From a virus (Duplodnaviria > Caudoviricetes): a stretch of DNA of 37,381 nt. This document shows, in pieces, positions 18,468 through 28,089 of this stretch (position 1 is its first letter; each line of letters begins with the position of its first letter). The position numbers were made by a program, and so were the translations under genes. Location of the stretch: positions 1 to 37,381 of IMG/VR virus record IMGVR_UViG_3300048599_000083; one strand, given 5' to 3'. Below the pieces are notes generated by a model. That model ran no database searches. It was given only the letters and a program-made list of their open reading frames with translations, and was not told the origin of the DNA.

Positions 18468-18746
18468 GTGATGTTCTCGACCCAGCCGACGACGACTCCC
18501 GAGCAGGACGAGCGGACCCGTAAGGCCGCCCTGGTCCGCGAGATCGCCAACCGCTTCACTTACCACGCGCCGTCCGGCACCCAGGCCGCCCGCTACGAGC
18601 AGATCCGCCACATGGCGGGCCTGTTCGCCCAGGAGCTTGTGAAGCTGGCCCCCGAGAGCCGCGAACTCTCCACGGCCCTCACCAAGCTCGACGAGGTGGT
18701 GTTCTGGACCAACGCGGCCATCGCACGGCGCGAGAGTCAGGAGTAA
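18468..18746 (+). CDS. Acb2/Tad1-like helical-hairpin protein (candidate anti-defence sponge)
   Basis: NRFTYHAP...YEQIR...APESRELSTALTKLDEVVFWTNAAIAR matches, from recall, the FTYHAP...SREKSLAxTKLEExxMWANAAIAR family. Confidence 0.7.
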   Translation: MMFSTQPTTTPEQDERTRKAALVREIANRFTYHAPSGTQAARYEQIRHMAGLFAQELVKLAPESRELSTALTKLDEVVFWTNAAIARRESQE

Positions 18747-18749
18747 GTC

Positions 18750-18944
18750 ATGGCCCGCAGAGATCCGGCCGACCCGAAGACGCCCGATGGCCAGGTCAAG
18801 ATCAGCGACTTCGGCGGGTTCGTCACCGATGCGGACCCGCACGATCTCGATCCTGGCCTAGCCGTCAAGCAGATCAACGCCACCAGCGTCAAGGCGGGCG
18901 AGCTGCGGGCGCGGCCCGGCGTCCGTGTCGTCCTGTTCGACTGA
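18750..18944 (+). CDS. Small protein resembling the N-terminal segment of podovirus tail nozzle proteins
   Basis: ISDFGGFVTDADPHDLDPG...QINATSVKAGELRARPG resembles the FxGG...N...GxLxxRxG start of tail tubular B/P22 gp10-like proteins; AGGAG RBS. Confidence 0.55.
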   Translation: MARRDPADPKTPDGQVKISDFGGFVTDADPHDLDPGLAVKQINATSVKAGELRARPGVRVVLFD

Positions 18945-18978
18945 CGCTTGGCTAAGGTTTCCTCGGGAGGGTGACGCC

Positions 18979-19281
18979 ATGTTCGCCGGATACGTGGGCC
19001 TCGGCAGTACGCTCGCCGGGGCCTTCCTGGTCAAGAACTCGCAAGAGTCGCCGCAGAACCCCGACCAGCCGCCCACCTACAAGGTCTACGGCCCAGCCAG
19101 GCTCATGCAGCACGGGACGGGGATCGCCAGCAAGCTCGACGGCGACACGGGTCTCTACCAGTACACGGTGTCCGCCGACCCCTCCAACGGCTACGAGGCG
19201 GGTGTCTGCTACCGGGTCTTCATCACGGCCGTCGTCCTGGGTGTCACCGTCGCCTACGAGCAGTCGTTCATCGTGACGTGA
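18979..19281 (+). CDS. Small Ig-like/beta-sandwich virion protein
   Basis: ATG 18979 with GGAGG RBS; beta-strand pattern similar to the C-terminal domain of the next gene. Confidence 0.6.
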   Translation: MFAGYVGLGSTLAGAFLVKNSQESPQNPDQPPTYKVYGPARLMQHGTGIASKLDGDTGLYQYTVSADPSNGYEAGVCYRVFITAVVLGVTVAYEQSFIVT

Positions 19282-19301
19282 TCGGCTGATCGGAGGGGGC
19301 G

Positions 19302-21191
19302 ATGGCGCTTCGAGTCACCCAGGTTGTCACGCTGGTCCTCCGAACCAGCCAGTCGTCGGACATCCCGCCGGTCCAGGCGTCTACGACGTTCAGCTTCTCG
19401 CAAGAGAACTCCAAGGTGATGAGCCTCCAGAAGTGGGGCTCGTCCAGGGTTTCATTCGCTGGGGACGCTTCGGAGTCGCGTGATGCGGCGTCGGATGCCG
19501 CGTCCAGCTTCGAGCTGATCGCCACCGATCAGGCTGTGACCGAATGGTGGATCGCAGTCTCCAGTCAGATCGGGCTGACTCCGACACCGCACGCCACCCG
19601 AGACACGGCCTCGGACGCCGCCTCCATCGTCTCGGTCGCCGGGGCCGGATCGGCCGAGCGCCAGGTTCACGGCGATGCGTCTACGCTCATCCTTCTCTCC
19701 TATGTCGCCCCGGCAAATCGGGCGGTGAACACGGACGCCTCGAACGGGTTCCTGCTCTACGGCTCCGCGAGCCAGGCCCGCGACATCGCGGCCCACGCCA
19801 CGGAAGCCCTCGGGTTTGAGGTTGGAACAGCCCAGGTCCGGGTTGCTGCCGCTAATGCGGCCTCGGCCATCCTGATCGACCCGGCCGTCGCCGGACTCCG
19901 GGAGATCGTCGCCGACGCTCTCACGCTGGTCGCCATCGCATCCCTGGCCCTGCCCTTCTCCGAAAAGCCGGTAGGTGCAGCAACGACTCTCGCATTCCAA
20001 GATGTTGCGTCTGAGACAGCGGACTTCCCAGTTTCGGCAACGGAGAGCGTGGCGATCCTGGCGACCGCCTCCCAGGTGCGCGACCTGCACTCGGGCGCCG
20101 CCAGCTCTTTCGGTTTCGACTCGTCCGTCACCGTCGAACATCACGTGTTCGTCAGTGCTACGTCCTCGGTCGGGTTTGCGACCGCAACCCACCAGAACCG
20201 CAATGCAGTGGCCCGTACCGTCACGAGCCTCGGGCTTCGATACTTCGGCGGTGTGCGTCCACCTGAGACGCTCGTCACGACGGGATTCACTCTGGCCCCA
20301 GAAGCGATCGTGGTCCGCGAGCTGAAACGGAAGGCCACCACCTCGCTCGGGCTGCGTCCGGTCGCAGCGAGCGTGCGTGGGTTCTGGGTGGCGGGCCTCT
20401 CGAACCTGGCCTTGACGCGGACAGCCGGCGGACGACGGGACGTGTTCCCCGACGCGGCCTCCTCGGTGGAATTTGTCGGTGCGGGTGAAGGCGCCCGTGA
20501 CGTGCCGGCTCTGGCCACGTCCGCCCTGATCCTCGACTGGACCGGAGCCCATGCGGCTAAGGACTCCTTCCCGGCGGCCATGACGGCGATCGGGATCGGT
20601 GGAGACGCAGCGGGCGATCGAGCCGTCAACGCGGCAGCCGTCACCGAGCTACGCCTCCGGGTGGACCCTGGCGGCATCCGCATCCTGCACCTGGACGCGG
20701 CGACGGTCGTGAAGTTCCGACTGGACATGGGAGGGACCAATGCGGCCCTCGGAGGCAATCCCGTGGCGACTCACTACATCGGCTACCTCGGCCAGTTCCA
20801 GCAGGGCCAGACGGCCACGCTGATGATCCGCACCACGGGATATCAGGGCCGGGTGGTGGCACCCGACGCTCCCCCGGCCGTGAAGCTCTATGACGACTCT
20901 GGAACCGTGATCCGTGAGGTGCGGCTGCCTGCGATGGATCGTGAGGCAGGCGTGTTCGCGATGCCACTTTTCGTCGGACTCGACATTCCGTTGGGTAGAT
21001 ATAGGGTGGCGTACCGCTACGCAGCGGGAGGCCAGACCTGGGCTCGCCTCGATTACTTCGAGGTGATCCCCGGCGGCGATCCGGGTGGGGCGGTGATCTC
21101 GATGTTCGCCTACGACCGGCCCGAGTCGGGTTACGTCCTGGCGCAACTTGGCGGCGGGAAGCTCGTGCAGGGCCGGAACCCGCGACTCTGA
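19302..21191 (+). CDS. Repeat-rich fibre-like virion protein with C-terminal Ig-like domain
   Basis: Ala/Ser/Thr-rich ~20-aa quasi-repeats (e.g. RDTASDAASIVSVAG, RAVNTDASNGFLLYG, RDIAAHATEALGFEV); GGAGG RBS. Confidence 0.6.
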   Translation: MALRVTQVVTLVLRTSQSSDIPPVQASTTFSFSQENSKVMSLQKWGSSRVSFAGDASESRDAASDAASSFELIATDQAVTEWWIAVSSQIGLTPTPHATRDTASDAASIVSVAGAGSAERQVHGDASTLILLSYVAPANRAVNTDASNGFLLYGSASQARDIAAHATEALGFEVGTAQVRVAAANAASAILIDPAVAGLREIVADALTLVAIASLALPFSEKPVGAATTLAFQDVASETADFPVSATESVAILATASQVRDLHSGAASSFGFDSSVTVEHHVFVSATSSVGFATATHQNRNAVARTVTSLGLRYFGGVRPPETLVTTGFTLAPEAIVVRELKRKATTSLGLRPVAASVRGFWVAGLSNLALTRTAGGRRDVFPDAASSVEFVGAGEGARDVPALATSALILDWTGAHAAKDSFPAAMTAIGIGGDAAGDRAVNAAAVTELRLRVDPGGIRILHLDAATVVKFRLDMGGTNAALGGNPVATHYIGYLGQFQQGQTATLMIRTTGYQGRVVAPDAPPAVKLYDDSGTVIREVRLPAMDREAGVFAMPLFVGLDIPLGRYRVAYRYAAGGQTWARLDYFEVIPGGDPGGAVISMFAYDRPESGYVLAQLGGGKLVQGRNPRL

Positions 21192-21230
21192 GACCTGGGC
21201 CATAACTAGGCCCCCTTTCAGGAGTATCCC

Positions 21231-21845
21231 ATGAACGGCAGCGGCTTTGCGGTCGGCGACCACGCCGACGCCCATGTGGAGCGGGCGAACGGGATCACCG
21301 ACCTGCCCGGCATCCGCCTCGATCTCGGCGGCCTCGACCCGAACCGCCTCGGCGTCGGTGGATACTTCACGATCGAGTGCCGGGACGCCGATGGCCGGTT
21401 GAAGTGGGAGGACACGGCCGAGAACGGCGTGGTCAACTCCGCGCTCGACGACGTGCTGAACGTGTATCTGCGCGGCACCAGCCAAGTCGCCAACTGGTAC
21501 ATCGGCCTCGTGGACAACGCCGGGTTCACCGGCTTCGCCGCTGCCGACACCATCGCCTCGCACTCGGGCTGGTCCGAGAACACCAACTACAGCAACACAA
21601 ACCGGGTCCAGTGGTCGGCCGCCGCTGCGAGCAACCAGGGCGTAACCAACACGACCACGGCCGACTTCAACATGAACCCCGGCTCCCAGGTGACGATCCG
21701 GGGCCTGTTCCTGGCCTCGGACAACACCAAGGGCGGGACCACCGGCAAGCTGTTCGCCACCGCCGCGTTCAGCGGCGGCAACCAGGCGGTGAACAACGGC
21801 GACACCCTCAAGGTGACGTACACCGTCTCGGCCACGTCGTCCTGA
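21231..21845 (+). CDS. Probable abundant virion structural (fibre-related) protein
   Basis: GYFTIECRDADGRLKWED...NWYIGL...GDTLKVTY pattern familiar from phage structural proteins; AGGAG RBS, strong codon bias and a downstream hairpin. Confidence 0.65.
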   Translation: MNGSGFAVGDHADAHVERANGITDLPGIRLDLGGLDPNRLGVGGYFTIECRDADGRLKWEDTAENGVVNSALDDVLNVYLRGTSQVANWYIGLVDNAGFTGFAAADTIASHSGWSENTNYSNTNRVQWSAAAASNQGVTNTTTADFNMNPGSQVTIRGLFLASDNTKGGTTGKLFATAAFSGGNQAVNNGDTLKVTYTVSATSS

Positions 21846-21868
21846 GTCTGGGCCTGGGGGGAAGGTCG

Positions 21869-21904
21869 CGGGGCGGGGCGAGGCTTCGGCCGGACCCCGC
21901 CCCG
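21869..21904 (+). terminator. GC-rich hairpin (terminator or mRNA-stabilising stem-loop)
   Basis: CGGGGCGGGG pairs with CCCCGCCCCG and encloses GGC-TTCG-GCC; weak U-tract. Confidence 0.55.
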
Positions 21905-21927
21905 TTGTCGAAATGGAGGGCGGACCC

Positions 21928-23046
21928 GTGGCGCTCCTGTTCTGTGATGGCTTCGACCACTACACGTCCTCGGCCGACATCGTGAAGTTCCTGTCGGCAA
22001 CCTCCACGAATAGCCTGTGGACTTGCAGCGCAGGCGCAGCCAGGACGGGTGCCGGCGGGCTCCGTGGCACCGCGAACGCCTCGAATGCTCTCTCGTGTAT
22101 CAGTCTCCCGTTAGTCTCTGCGAAAACCACGCTCTATGCGGGCTTCGCGCTCCGGCTCAATTCGATGCCGCCAACGGGAGCCGGCAGAGGAACGATCTGT
22201 GCGTTCTGCGAGGGCGCTTACAGTCTTCCTGGGGTCAAGATCGTGCTGTCGCCATCGGGGGCGCTTCGCATCTACGGACAGACCTCTGCCAAGAGCGACA
22301 ACTGGACCGGAACCGAACTCACCACCGGCAACTGGTACTACGTTGAGGTGAAGGCGAATTTCAAGACGACCGGAACGACGGTTCCTGGCGATGTGGAAAT
22401 CCGGGTGGACTATGGCGACGGCAATGGCCCTGTCGTGGTCAACCAGATCGGTGCCGGCGAAAAGACTGCCTACAACGGCAGTGCTGGCGGCTTCAACTAC
22501 TTCGACTTCGGCGATCCGAACGGCGGCGTCGGGTGGCCGGCGAGCGCTGTCGCCTTCGAGGTGGACGACCTCTACCTCTGCGACGACACCGGCACCGTCA
22601 ACAATTCGTACCTCGGGAACTGCATGGTCGAGACTCTCATGCCGGACGGGGAGGGAGCCTCTTCCCAATTCACTCCGAGCGGCACTGGCGGCACGAATTG
22701 GGGGCGAGTGAGTGAGCCGATCATCGATGGTGACACGACCTATGTCTCGACCGCCGGGGTCAACAATCGCGACTCCTACGCGCTGGGCGACCTGTCCGCG
22801 ACTCCCGAGTCGATCTTTGGCGTCATGGTCCGAAGTGTGGCCCGAATCGACGCGAGTGATTCGGGACGCAAGTACAACCACTCGCTCCGGCTGGACGGCG
22901 CCTACTATGACGGCGCTCCGAGCGCCAACATGACGACCACCCTCCGCAAGCTGGAAAACGTCTGGGAGACGAATCCGGCGACGGGAGCCGCCTGGACCCG
23001 CTCGGCTGTCGAGGCGATGGAGGCGGGCGTCAAGCTCGTGAGCTGA
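21928..23046 (+). CDS. Virion protein with lectin/ConA-like beta-sandwich (candidate receptor-binding or fibre tip)
   Basis: ALLFCDGFDHY...WYYVEVK...VDDLYLCD...NPATGAAWT...EAGVK pattern; GTG with GGAGG RBS. Confidence 0.6.
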   Translation: MALLFCDGFDHYTSSADIVKFLSATSTNSLWTCSAGAARTGAGGLRGTANASNALSCISLPLVSAKTTLYAGFALRLNSMPPTGAGRGTICAFCEGAYSLPGVKIVLSPSGALRIYGQTSAKSDNWTGTELTTGNWYYVEVKANFKTTGTTVPGDVEIRVDYGDGNGPVVVNQIGAGEKTAYNGSAGGFNYFDFGDPNGGVGWPASAVAFEVDDLYLCDDTGTVNNSYLGNCMVETLMPDGEGASSQFTPSGTGGTNWGRVSEPIIDGDTTYVSTAGVNNRDSYALGDLSATPESIFGVMVRSVARIDASDSGRKYNHSLRLDGAYYDGAPSANMTTTLRKLENVWETNPATGAAWTRSAVEAMEAGVKLVS

Positions 23047-23047
23047 C

Positions 23048-26000
23048 ATGGCTCTCATCGTCAATCAGGTGGCTGTCCAGATCCTCCGCTCACGCGGTCA
23101 GTCGGCCGGGCTCGCCGTCTCGGCGATGACTCCGTTCGGGCTCATGGGCAGCGGTAGCGCCGCCAACCCCTATCGGAACCTCCGCGCCACGTCGAGCTTC
23201 GGGCTCACTCCGTCACCTCGCGGCGGCGGCGACTTCCGTGTCGGAGCCAGCAACTCGATCATCGTCTCAGCCAATCAGTTTGTCTCAAACTCGACCCACT
23301 ATGCCTCGGCGTCTACGCTGCTGAGCTTCCAACTGGCCGGCTACCTCGGCAAGCCGTTCGCTGTCTCAGCCTCGTCCGCCATTTCCCTGGCCTATGCCTC
23401 AATCGGCCAGCTCTACGCCGGACCCGTGGAACGGTCAGTGTCGGCTGCCAGTGGGGTCCAGCTTGCGGCCGGACTTGCCAGTCACACAGCGCTGCGGATC
23501 TTCCGGGTCACGGCTGTCACCACGATGGACGTGATCGAGCGGAGTGTCCCGATCCTCACCGGGCAGCTTCGCGGGACAGGGCTGGCCGCTCTCGGTATTG
23601 CCGTGTCCGCAAGGGCGTCTCGCATCGCGAACGCCGCCGCAACCACCCAGATCGTCGTCGGTGACTCCTCGCTTGCCGGCCGAGTCGTGAATGCCGTGGC
23701 GGCCACGGATGTTGGGCTTGGGGCGTCCGATCGGTCGAACCACTTCGAGTATGAGGCTTCGTGGGCCAGCTTCGCGTTCACGGGCTCGGCTTCGGTGATC
23801 GCAGCCGGCAAGGAGGCATCTGCACGCCTCCGACTCACGCATCGGGCGGATGCCCGCGTGATCCTCCCCTCGGGCGGCGGGGCTCCCGGCGGCTCTCAGG
23901 CGGGCCTGCGAACGATCCTCCTGAACGACACCACGGGCGAGTTCCCCAACTCCTACGCCGAGACGCCTTCGGGCCTCATTCTGGTTGCCAACGGGATCGA
24001 CCGAATGGTCCGCTGGGACGCCCTGACAGGACTGGCGGATGCTGCCGGGGTCCAGGCCCCGGCAGGGGCTCTCGAACTTGGAGGCGTCGGGGTCGGTGGG
24101 ATCATCGGCCGCCGCGTAGCCTACTGCCGGTTCATCGACCGATTCGGTAGTCCGTCGAGCCTGAGCCCTATCTCGAACGAGGTGGACTTCGGGCACGACG
24201 GCCTGATCGACCAGATCCAGTACGACCGCACGACCGGGTTTGTCACCGTCACCTCGGCTGGGCATGGGCTCACGACCGGATCGCCGATCCTGGTGGAAGG
24301 CGTGGAGGGGCTGCCGATCGTGGGCCGGTACACGATCACCGCCCTGGACGATGATCGCTTCACCCTGGACGGACTCACGATCACCTCGGGTGTCCACCAA
24401 GCCGGGGGCCGTTGGGTGTACGGGATCAAGTCGGTCCTGTACGGCAACGTCCCGGTGTCGGCTGAATCCAAGGTGGTCCGTCGCCAGATCCTCCGCAACC
24501 TGGACGGGAACAGCGAAGTCCTGTACGTGGACATCGACACGGACGACCTGACGGCGACGGCCTTCTACTCGCAGAAGTCGGACGACGACCTGGCGGCCGG
24601 TCTACCCGTCCCGCTGTTCACAGCCGAAGAGACGCCGCACGCCGACCGCTTCGGCCCACCCCCCGCCCACAAGGCGATCGTGGCGGCCCACCTGGGCCGC
24701 ATCTTCGCCGCCGGGGAGGTGGCCTACACCGCCGGGAATGCCGAGCCAGTCTTCGGACACCAGACGATCCGGGGGACCGGGACCGCCTGGCGGAAGTCGA
24801 TGATTGGCCGCAAGGTCTACATGGTCGGGGCCACGGCCGCCTACGAGATCGCGGACGTGGACGAGGCGGCCCAGGAGATCACGACCACGGAAGTCGTGCA
24901 GGACTCCACCGGCCCGTTCACCCCCTACGCGATCCGGCCCGCCCCCGCCGAGCGGAAGCTCGTGTACTTCTCCGAGCCCGGCTTGCCCGAGGCGTGGCCC
25001 CCGTGGAATGCCATCGGAGTCCCCGAGGACTCGGACGAGATCACTGGGCTCATGGTCCAGGGGAGCTTCCTCTACCTGCTCGAACGGCGGCACATCTACA
25101 AGCTGACCTTCCAGGGCGACCCAGCCCGCGACGGGTACGTGTTCCTCGCCACCCGTCGTGGCTGCGTCAACAACCGCTGCCACGTCCAGGTGGAGGACAC
25201 GGCCTACATGCTCGATGAGTCGGGCCTGTACCGTTTCGACGGCGGCCAGGCCGAGCCGATCTCGACGCCGATCCAGAACCTCTTCCAGCAGGTCGGCGTC
25301 TCGGGTCTCCAGGTCAACTGGAACGCCGACCAGCGGTACTGGCACGCGGCCCACGACCCGACCCGCGACACGATCCGGTGGTTCGTGGCGATGACCGGCC
25401 ACAAGTACCCCCGGCACGCCATCGCCTACGACTACCGCCGCAACCGCTTCTGGATCGAGGAGTACCCCTTCGCCATGTCGGCCTCAGCCGTGGCGACGAT
25501 CGGATTCCGGCGGTCCCTTGCTGGCTCGGAAGCCCGTCGCGTGCTCTGCCTCGGTGAAGGCGCGCTCGATGCGGTCGATTCAGGGAACGGTTTGCGAGGG
25601 TCCGTCACCTCGGCTGGCCCGCTGACTCTCACCGACTCGTCCGCCCCCTTCCCGTCTGACCTGGCCGGAGCCCCGGTGTCGATCGCCCAGGGGAAGGGGT
25701 TCGGGCAGCAGCGGCGGATCGCGGCCAACACGGCGGACACCCTCCAGATCGACCGGCCCTGGCTCGTGCGCCCTGATGCAACCAGCGTATACCAGATCGG
25801 TGGGATCAACTGGTCCTGGCAGTCGGGGTGGTTTCGCTACGTCGAAGGCGAGCAGGACAACTCCCGCGATGTGGAGGTGGTCTACCAGCCCGTCCGTTCC
25901 CCGTCCTCAATCGCGATGCGGCTCTACTACGACCACGCCACCGAGCCCCGCGCGTGGGCCAGGACCATCCAGCAGGACGGCACGACCACGATCGCAGGTC

Positions 26001-26179
26001 TGCCCGAGGTGGCCCTCGACATGACCCACAAGCACGGCCAGTCGGTCCACCGGCTCACCGGGCACCGAGACCCGCGAGCCCAGGGCGATACGTTCGTCTC
26101 GGTCGAGCTGGCCGGCGTCCAGGCCGGCGAGATCCACCGCGTCTATCAGGTCACCGTCAACGGAGTCCGCCAGCGATGA
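23048..26179 (+). CDS. Tail nozzle (tail tubular B/P22 gp10-like beta-propeller) with N-terminal fibre-like repeats
   Basis: ILVANGID, AHLGRIFAAG, LVYFSEPGLPEAWP, DEITGL, RGCVNNRC, PISTPIQ propeller motifs; FCCH-like insert VTVTSAGHGLTTG. Confidence 0.72.
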   Translation: MALIVNQVAVQILRSRGQSAGLAVSAMTPFGLMGSGSAANPYRNLRATSSFGLTPSPRGGGDFRVGASNSIIVSANQFVSNSTHYASASTLLSFQLAGYLGKPFAVSASSAISLAYASIGQLYAGPVERSVSAASGVQLAAGLASHTALRIFRVTAVTTMDVIERSVPILTGQLRGTGLAALGIAVSARASRIANAAATTQIVVGDSSLAGRVVNAVAATDVGLGASDRSNHFEYEASWASFAFTGSASVIAAGKEASARLRLTHRADARVILPSGGGAPGGSQAGLRTILLNDTTGEFPNSYAETPSGLILVANGIDRMVRWDALTGLADAAGVQAPAGALELGGVGVGGIIGRRVAYCRFIDRFGSPSSLSPISNEVDFGHDGLIDQIQYDRTTGFVTVTSAGHGLTTGSPILVEGVEGLPIVGRYTITALDDDRFTLDGLTITSGVHQAGGRWVYGIKSVLYGNVPVSAESKVVRRQILRNLDGNSEVLYVDIDTDDLTATAFYSQKSDDDLAAGLPVPLFTAEETPHADRFGPPPAHKAIVAAHLGRIFAAGEVAYTAGNAEPVFGHQTIRGTGTAWRKSMIGRKVYMVGATAAYEIADVDEAAQEITTTEVVQDSTGPFTPYAIRPAPAERKLVYFSEPGLPEAWPPWNAIGVPEDSDEITGLMVQGSFLYLLERRHIYKLTFQGDPARDGYVFLATRRGCVNNRCHVQVEDTAYMLDESGLYRFDGGQAEPISTPIQNLFQQVGVSGLQVNWNADQRYWHAAHDPTRDTIRWFVAMTGHKYPRHAIAYDYRRNRFWIEEYPFAMSASAVATIGFRRSLAGSEARRVLCLGEGALDAVDSGNGLRGSVTSAGPLTLTDSSAPFPSDLAGAPVSIAQGKGFGQQRRIAANTADTLQIDRPWLVRPDATSVYQIGGINWSWQSGWFRYVEGEQDNSRDVEVVYQPVRSPSSIAMRLYYDHATEPRAWARTIQQDGTTTIAGLPEVALDMTHKHGQSVHRLTGHRDPRAQGDTFVSVELAGVQAGEIHRVYQVTVNGVRQR

Positions 26180-26979
26180 GCGATCCACTCCTGGGCAAGA
26201 GCGCTCCGAGCAGATTGCTCCGCGAGCGGTGGAAGTCGGCCACCGATCTGGCCCAGGAACTCTACGCGATGTTCACCGCGACAGGGCCGCGCGAGGTGGA
26301 GGGACCGCTCACCATCCGCGTTCCAGAGGGGAAGGCGGCGATCCGTGTGGTGCGGGAGGAGGGCGGACGGTCAGCGGATGGGGCGGTGCCCGATTTCGGC
26401 GTGAAAAAGGCCGCCCCGTCCGAGCCAGGGAATGCATTCCCTGGGAGCCCAAAACGCCCCCGGTACGAGCCCGAGTCGTCGCGGCGTCAGGGGAGGACCG
26501 AGATCGAGCCCCAGGCCCGCCGGCCCCGCGACCCGTCACACGCTCAGGCCGATCCCCCGGCAAGGCCAGGGTCGGGGCCGCCCGACATCGAGTTTGACAA
26601 CACGGTCGGATTCACGAAGCCGGCGACGTTCCAGCAATCGGCCGTGTTTCTGGAGCCGCCTGTGGTCCTCGACCGCGAGACGGGCGAGCTGCGGCCCGTG
26701 GAGACGAAGCGGCCGAAGATGATGATAGGCGGCGGCAGTTCGGATGCGATCTATGGGGCTGTTGCCCTGGCAGGCCAGGTCGGTCCCGAAGTGAGCTGTC
26801 ATCTCTTCAAGAATGGGTGGGCCTCGCCCGTCGTGGACGCCGCAACGCAAAAGCCCCTGGTTGTCGTCATCCAAATTCCGGTGATCGCTGAAGACGAGCG
26901 AATCCCGGAAGGGTTCACTTTCTTCCCGGTGTTCAATTTCGGCGACGGGTACTGGTCCCAACCGCCTGTATGGGGATGA
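26176..26979 (+). CDS. Hypothetical virion-associated protein
   Basis: ATGA overlap with the nozzle stop; start reassigned to 26176. Confidence 0.65.
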   Translation: MSDPLLGKSAPSRLLRERWKSATDLAQELYAMFTATGPREVEGPLTIRVPEGKAAIRVVREEGGRSADGAVPDFGVKKAAPSEPGNAFPGSPKRPRYEPESSRRQGRTEIEPQARRPRDPSHAQADPPARPGSGPPDIEFDNTVGFTKPATFQQSAVFLEPPVVLDRETGELRPVETKRPKMMIGGGSSDAIYGAVALAGQVGPEVSCHLFKNGWASPVVDAATQKPLVVVIQIPVIAEDERIPEGFTFFPVFNFGDGYWSQPPVWG

Positions 26980-28016
26980 CGGTGATGAACCAGGAATCGC
27001 GGAACATTCAGCGACTTCTTCGGGCAAGCCGCTCGAAGGGCCGGCTCATCCGTGCGTCATCGGCGGGTCTCAACGGTCGCCCGTATCTGTTCTGGACGCC
27101 AGGCCAGCTCAGGGCCAGCTACTCCATTCAACAGCCGGATCGCTCCGCAATCGTCTATGCGAACCGACCGACCTGGCTCGAATCGGGCCGCCTGGTCCGT
27201 GATCCGCCCGAGATGGTGTATCTGACCTTGGGCGAAAACCAGAAAGACGAGTCGAGATACCGCGTCTTTCGCGTCGATTACGAGAAATGGGTCGGCGAGG
27301 TTCATGTCACCCCTGAATACGGCACGGTGGTCACGGACCCGTGGCACCAATACGGTGTCGATTACGAGTATTTCGAGTCCTACCAGGAAGCCGAAGCGGC
27401 CGAATACTCCGCATGGGTCCAATCCAACCCAACGTGGTCGGATCGGGCATGGGATTGGGGTACGGGCTACTACGAGCGGACGACGGGGCGCGTTCATATC
27501 TCGACCCGATCTGCCGCCAGGATCATCCGTGGAACACGGCACGTCCTCCCTGCTTTCCACGAAGCGAAGCTGAGGATCGAGGCGGCACGCGAGGGTAAGA
27601 CCTACGTCTCGATTCTCGACCGACCCTACGAGTCCTACTTTGTCCGGCCCGATGTTCTGGTTCCGGCGGGACAGTTTGGCATCAGCTCAACCTTCATTGG
27701 GACGCCGTTCCTTCACATCTACGCCGGCACCGTCAGGACGAGCAGCTATCGACTCGAAACGGCCGGCGTCGAGAACTTCCCGAGCTATGGCGTGCGCGTC
27801 TACGGAACCGACGCCTATGAGTATTCAGGGAACGAGGAGATCCTCGATCATCCGTCCCAGGTTGACCCAAGGATTGCCGCCAACACGGCCATTTCGGCTG
27901 GAATCGACTACCAGATTGTCGGCGACATCAAGGACATCACCGCGGATCAGATCGTCGCTGAGGTGGAGCGGTTCTTCGGTTGGAACCTCGCCAGCCGGCC
28001 GCAATCCTTGAGTTGA
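26976..28016 (+). CDS. Hypothetical protein (aromatic-rich, weaker GC bias)
   Basis: ATGA overlap with the upstream stop; ~346-aa ORF rich in Tyr and Trp. Confidence 0.7.
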   Translation: MTVMNQESRNIQRLLRASRSKGRLIRASSAGLNGRPYLFWTPGQLRASYSIQQPDRSAIVYANRPTWLESGRLVRDPPEMVYLTLGENQKDESRYRVFRVDYEKWVGEVHVTPEYGTVVTDPWHQYGVDYEYFESYQEAEAAEYSAWVQSNPTWSDRAWDWGTGYYERTTGRVHISTRSAARIIRGTRHVLPAFHEAKLRIEAAREGKTYVSILDRPYESYFVRPDVLVPAGQFGISSTFIGTPFLHIYAGTVRTSSYRLETAGVENFPSYGVRVYGTDAYEYSGNEEILDHPSQVDPRIAANTAISAGIDYQIVGDIKDITADQIVAEVERFFGWNLASRPQSLS

Positions 28017-28089
28017 GAGTCCGACTCTGATTGGCTTGGCTACCTTTTCGTGAGGCCGCTCGGTTGCGGCTTCGCGGGAGGGTGAGCGC

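Noticed and set aside
21231-21845. 204-aa highly expressed gene as the major capsid protein
   Set aside because: It is short for an HK97-fold capsid, and its Thr/Asn/Ala-rich beta pattern fits fibre or tail-associated proteins
19302-28016. Diversity-generating retroelement or invertible tail-fibre cassette
   Set aside because: No reverse transcriptase, no TR/VR pair differing at adenines and no invertase were seen
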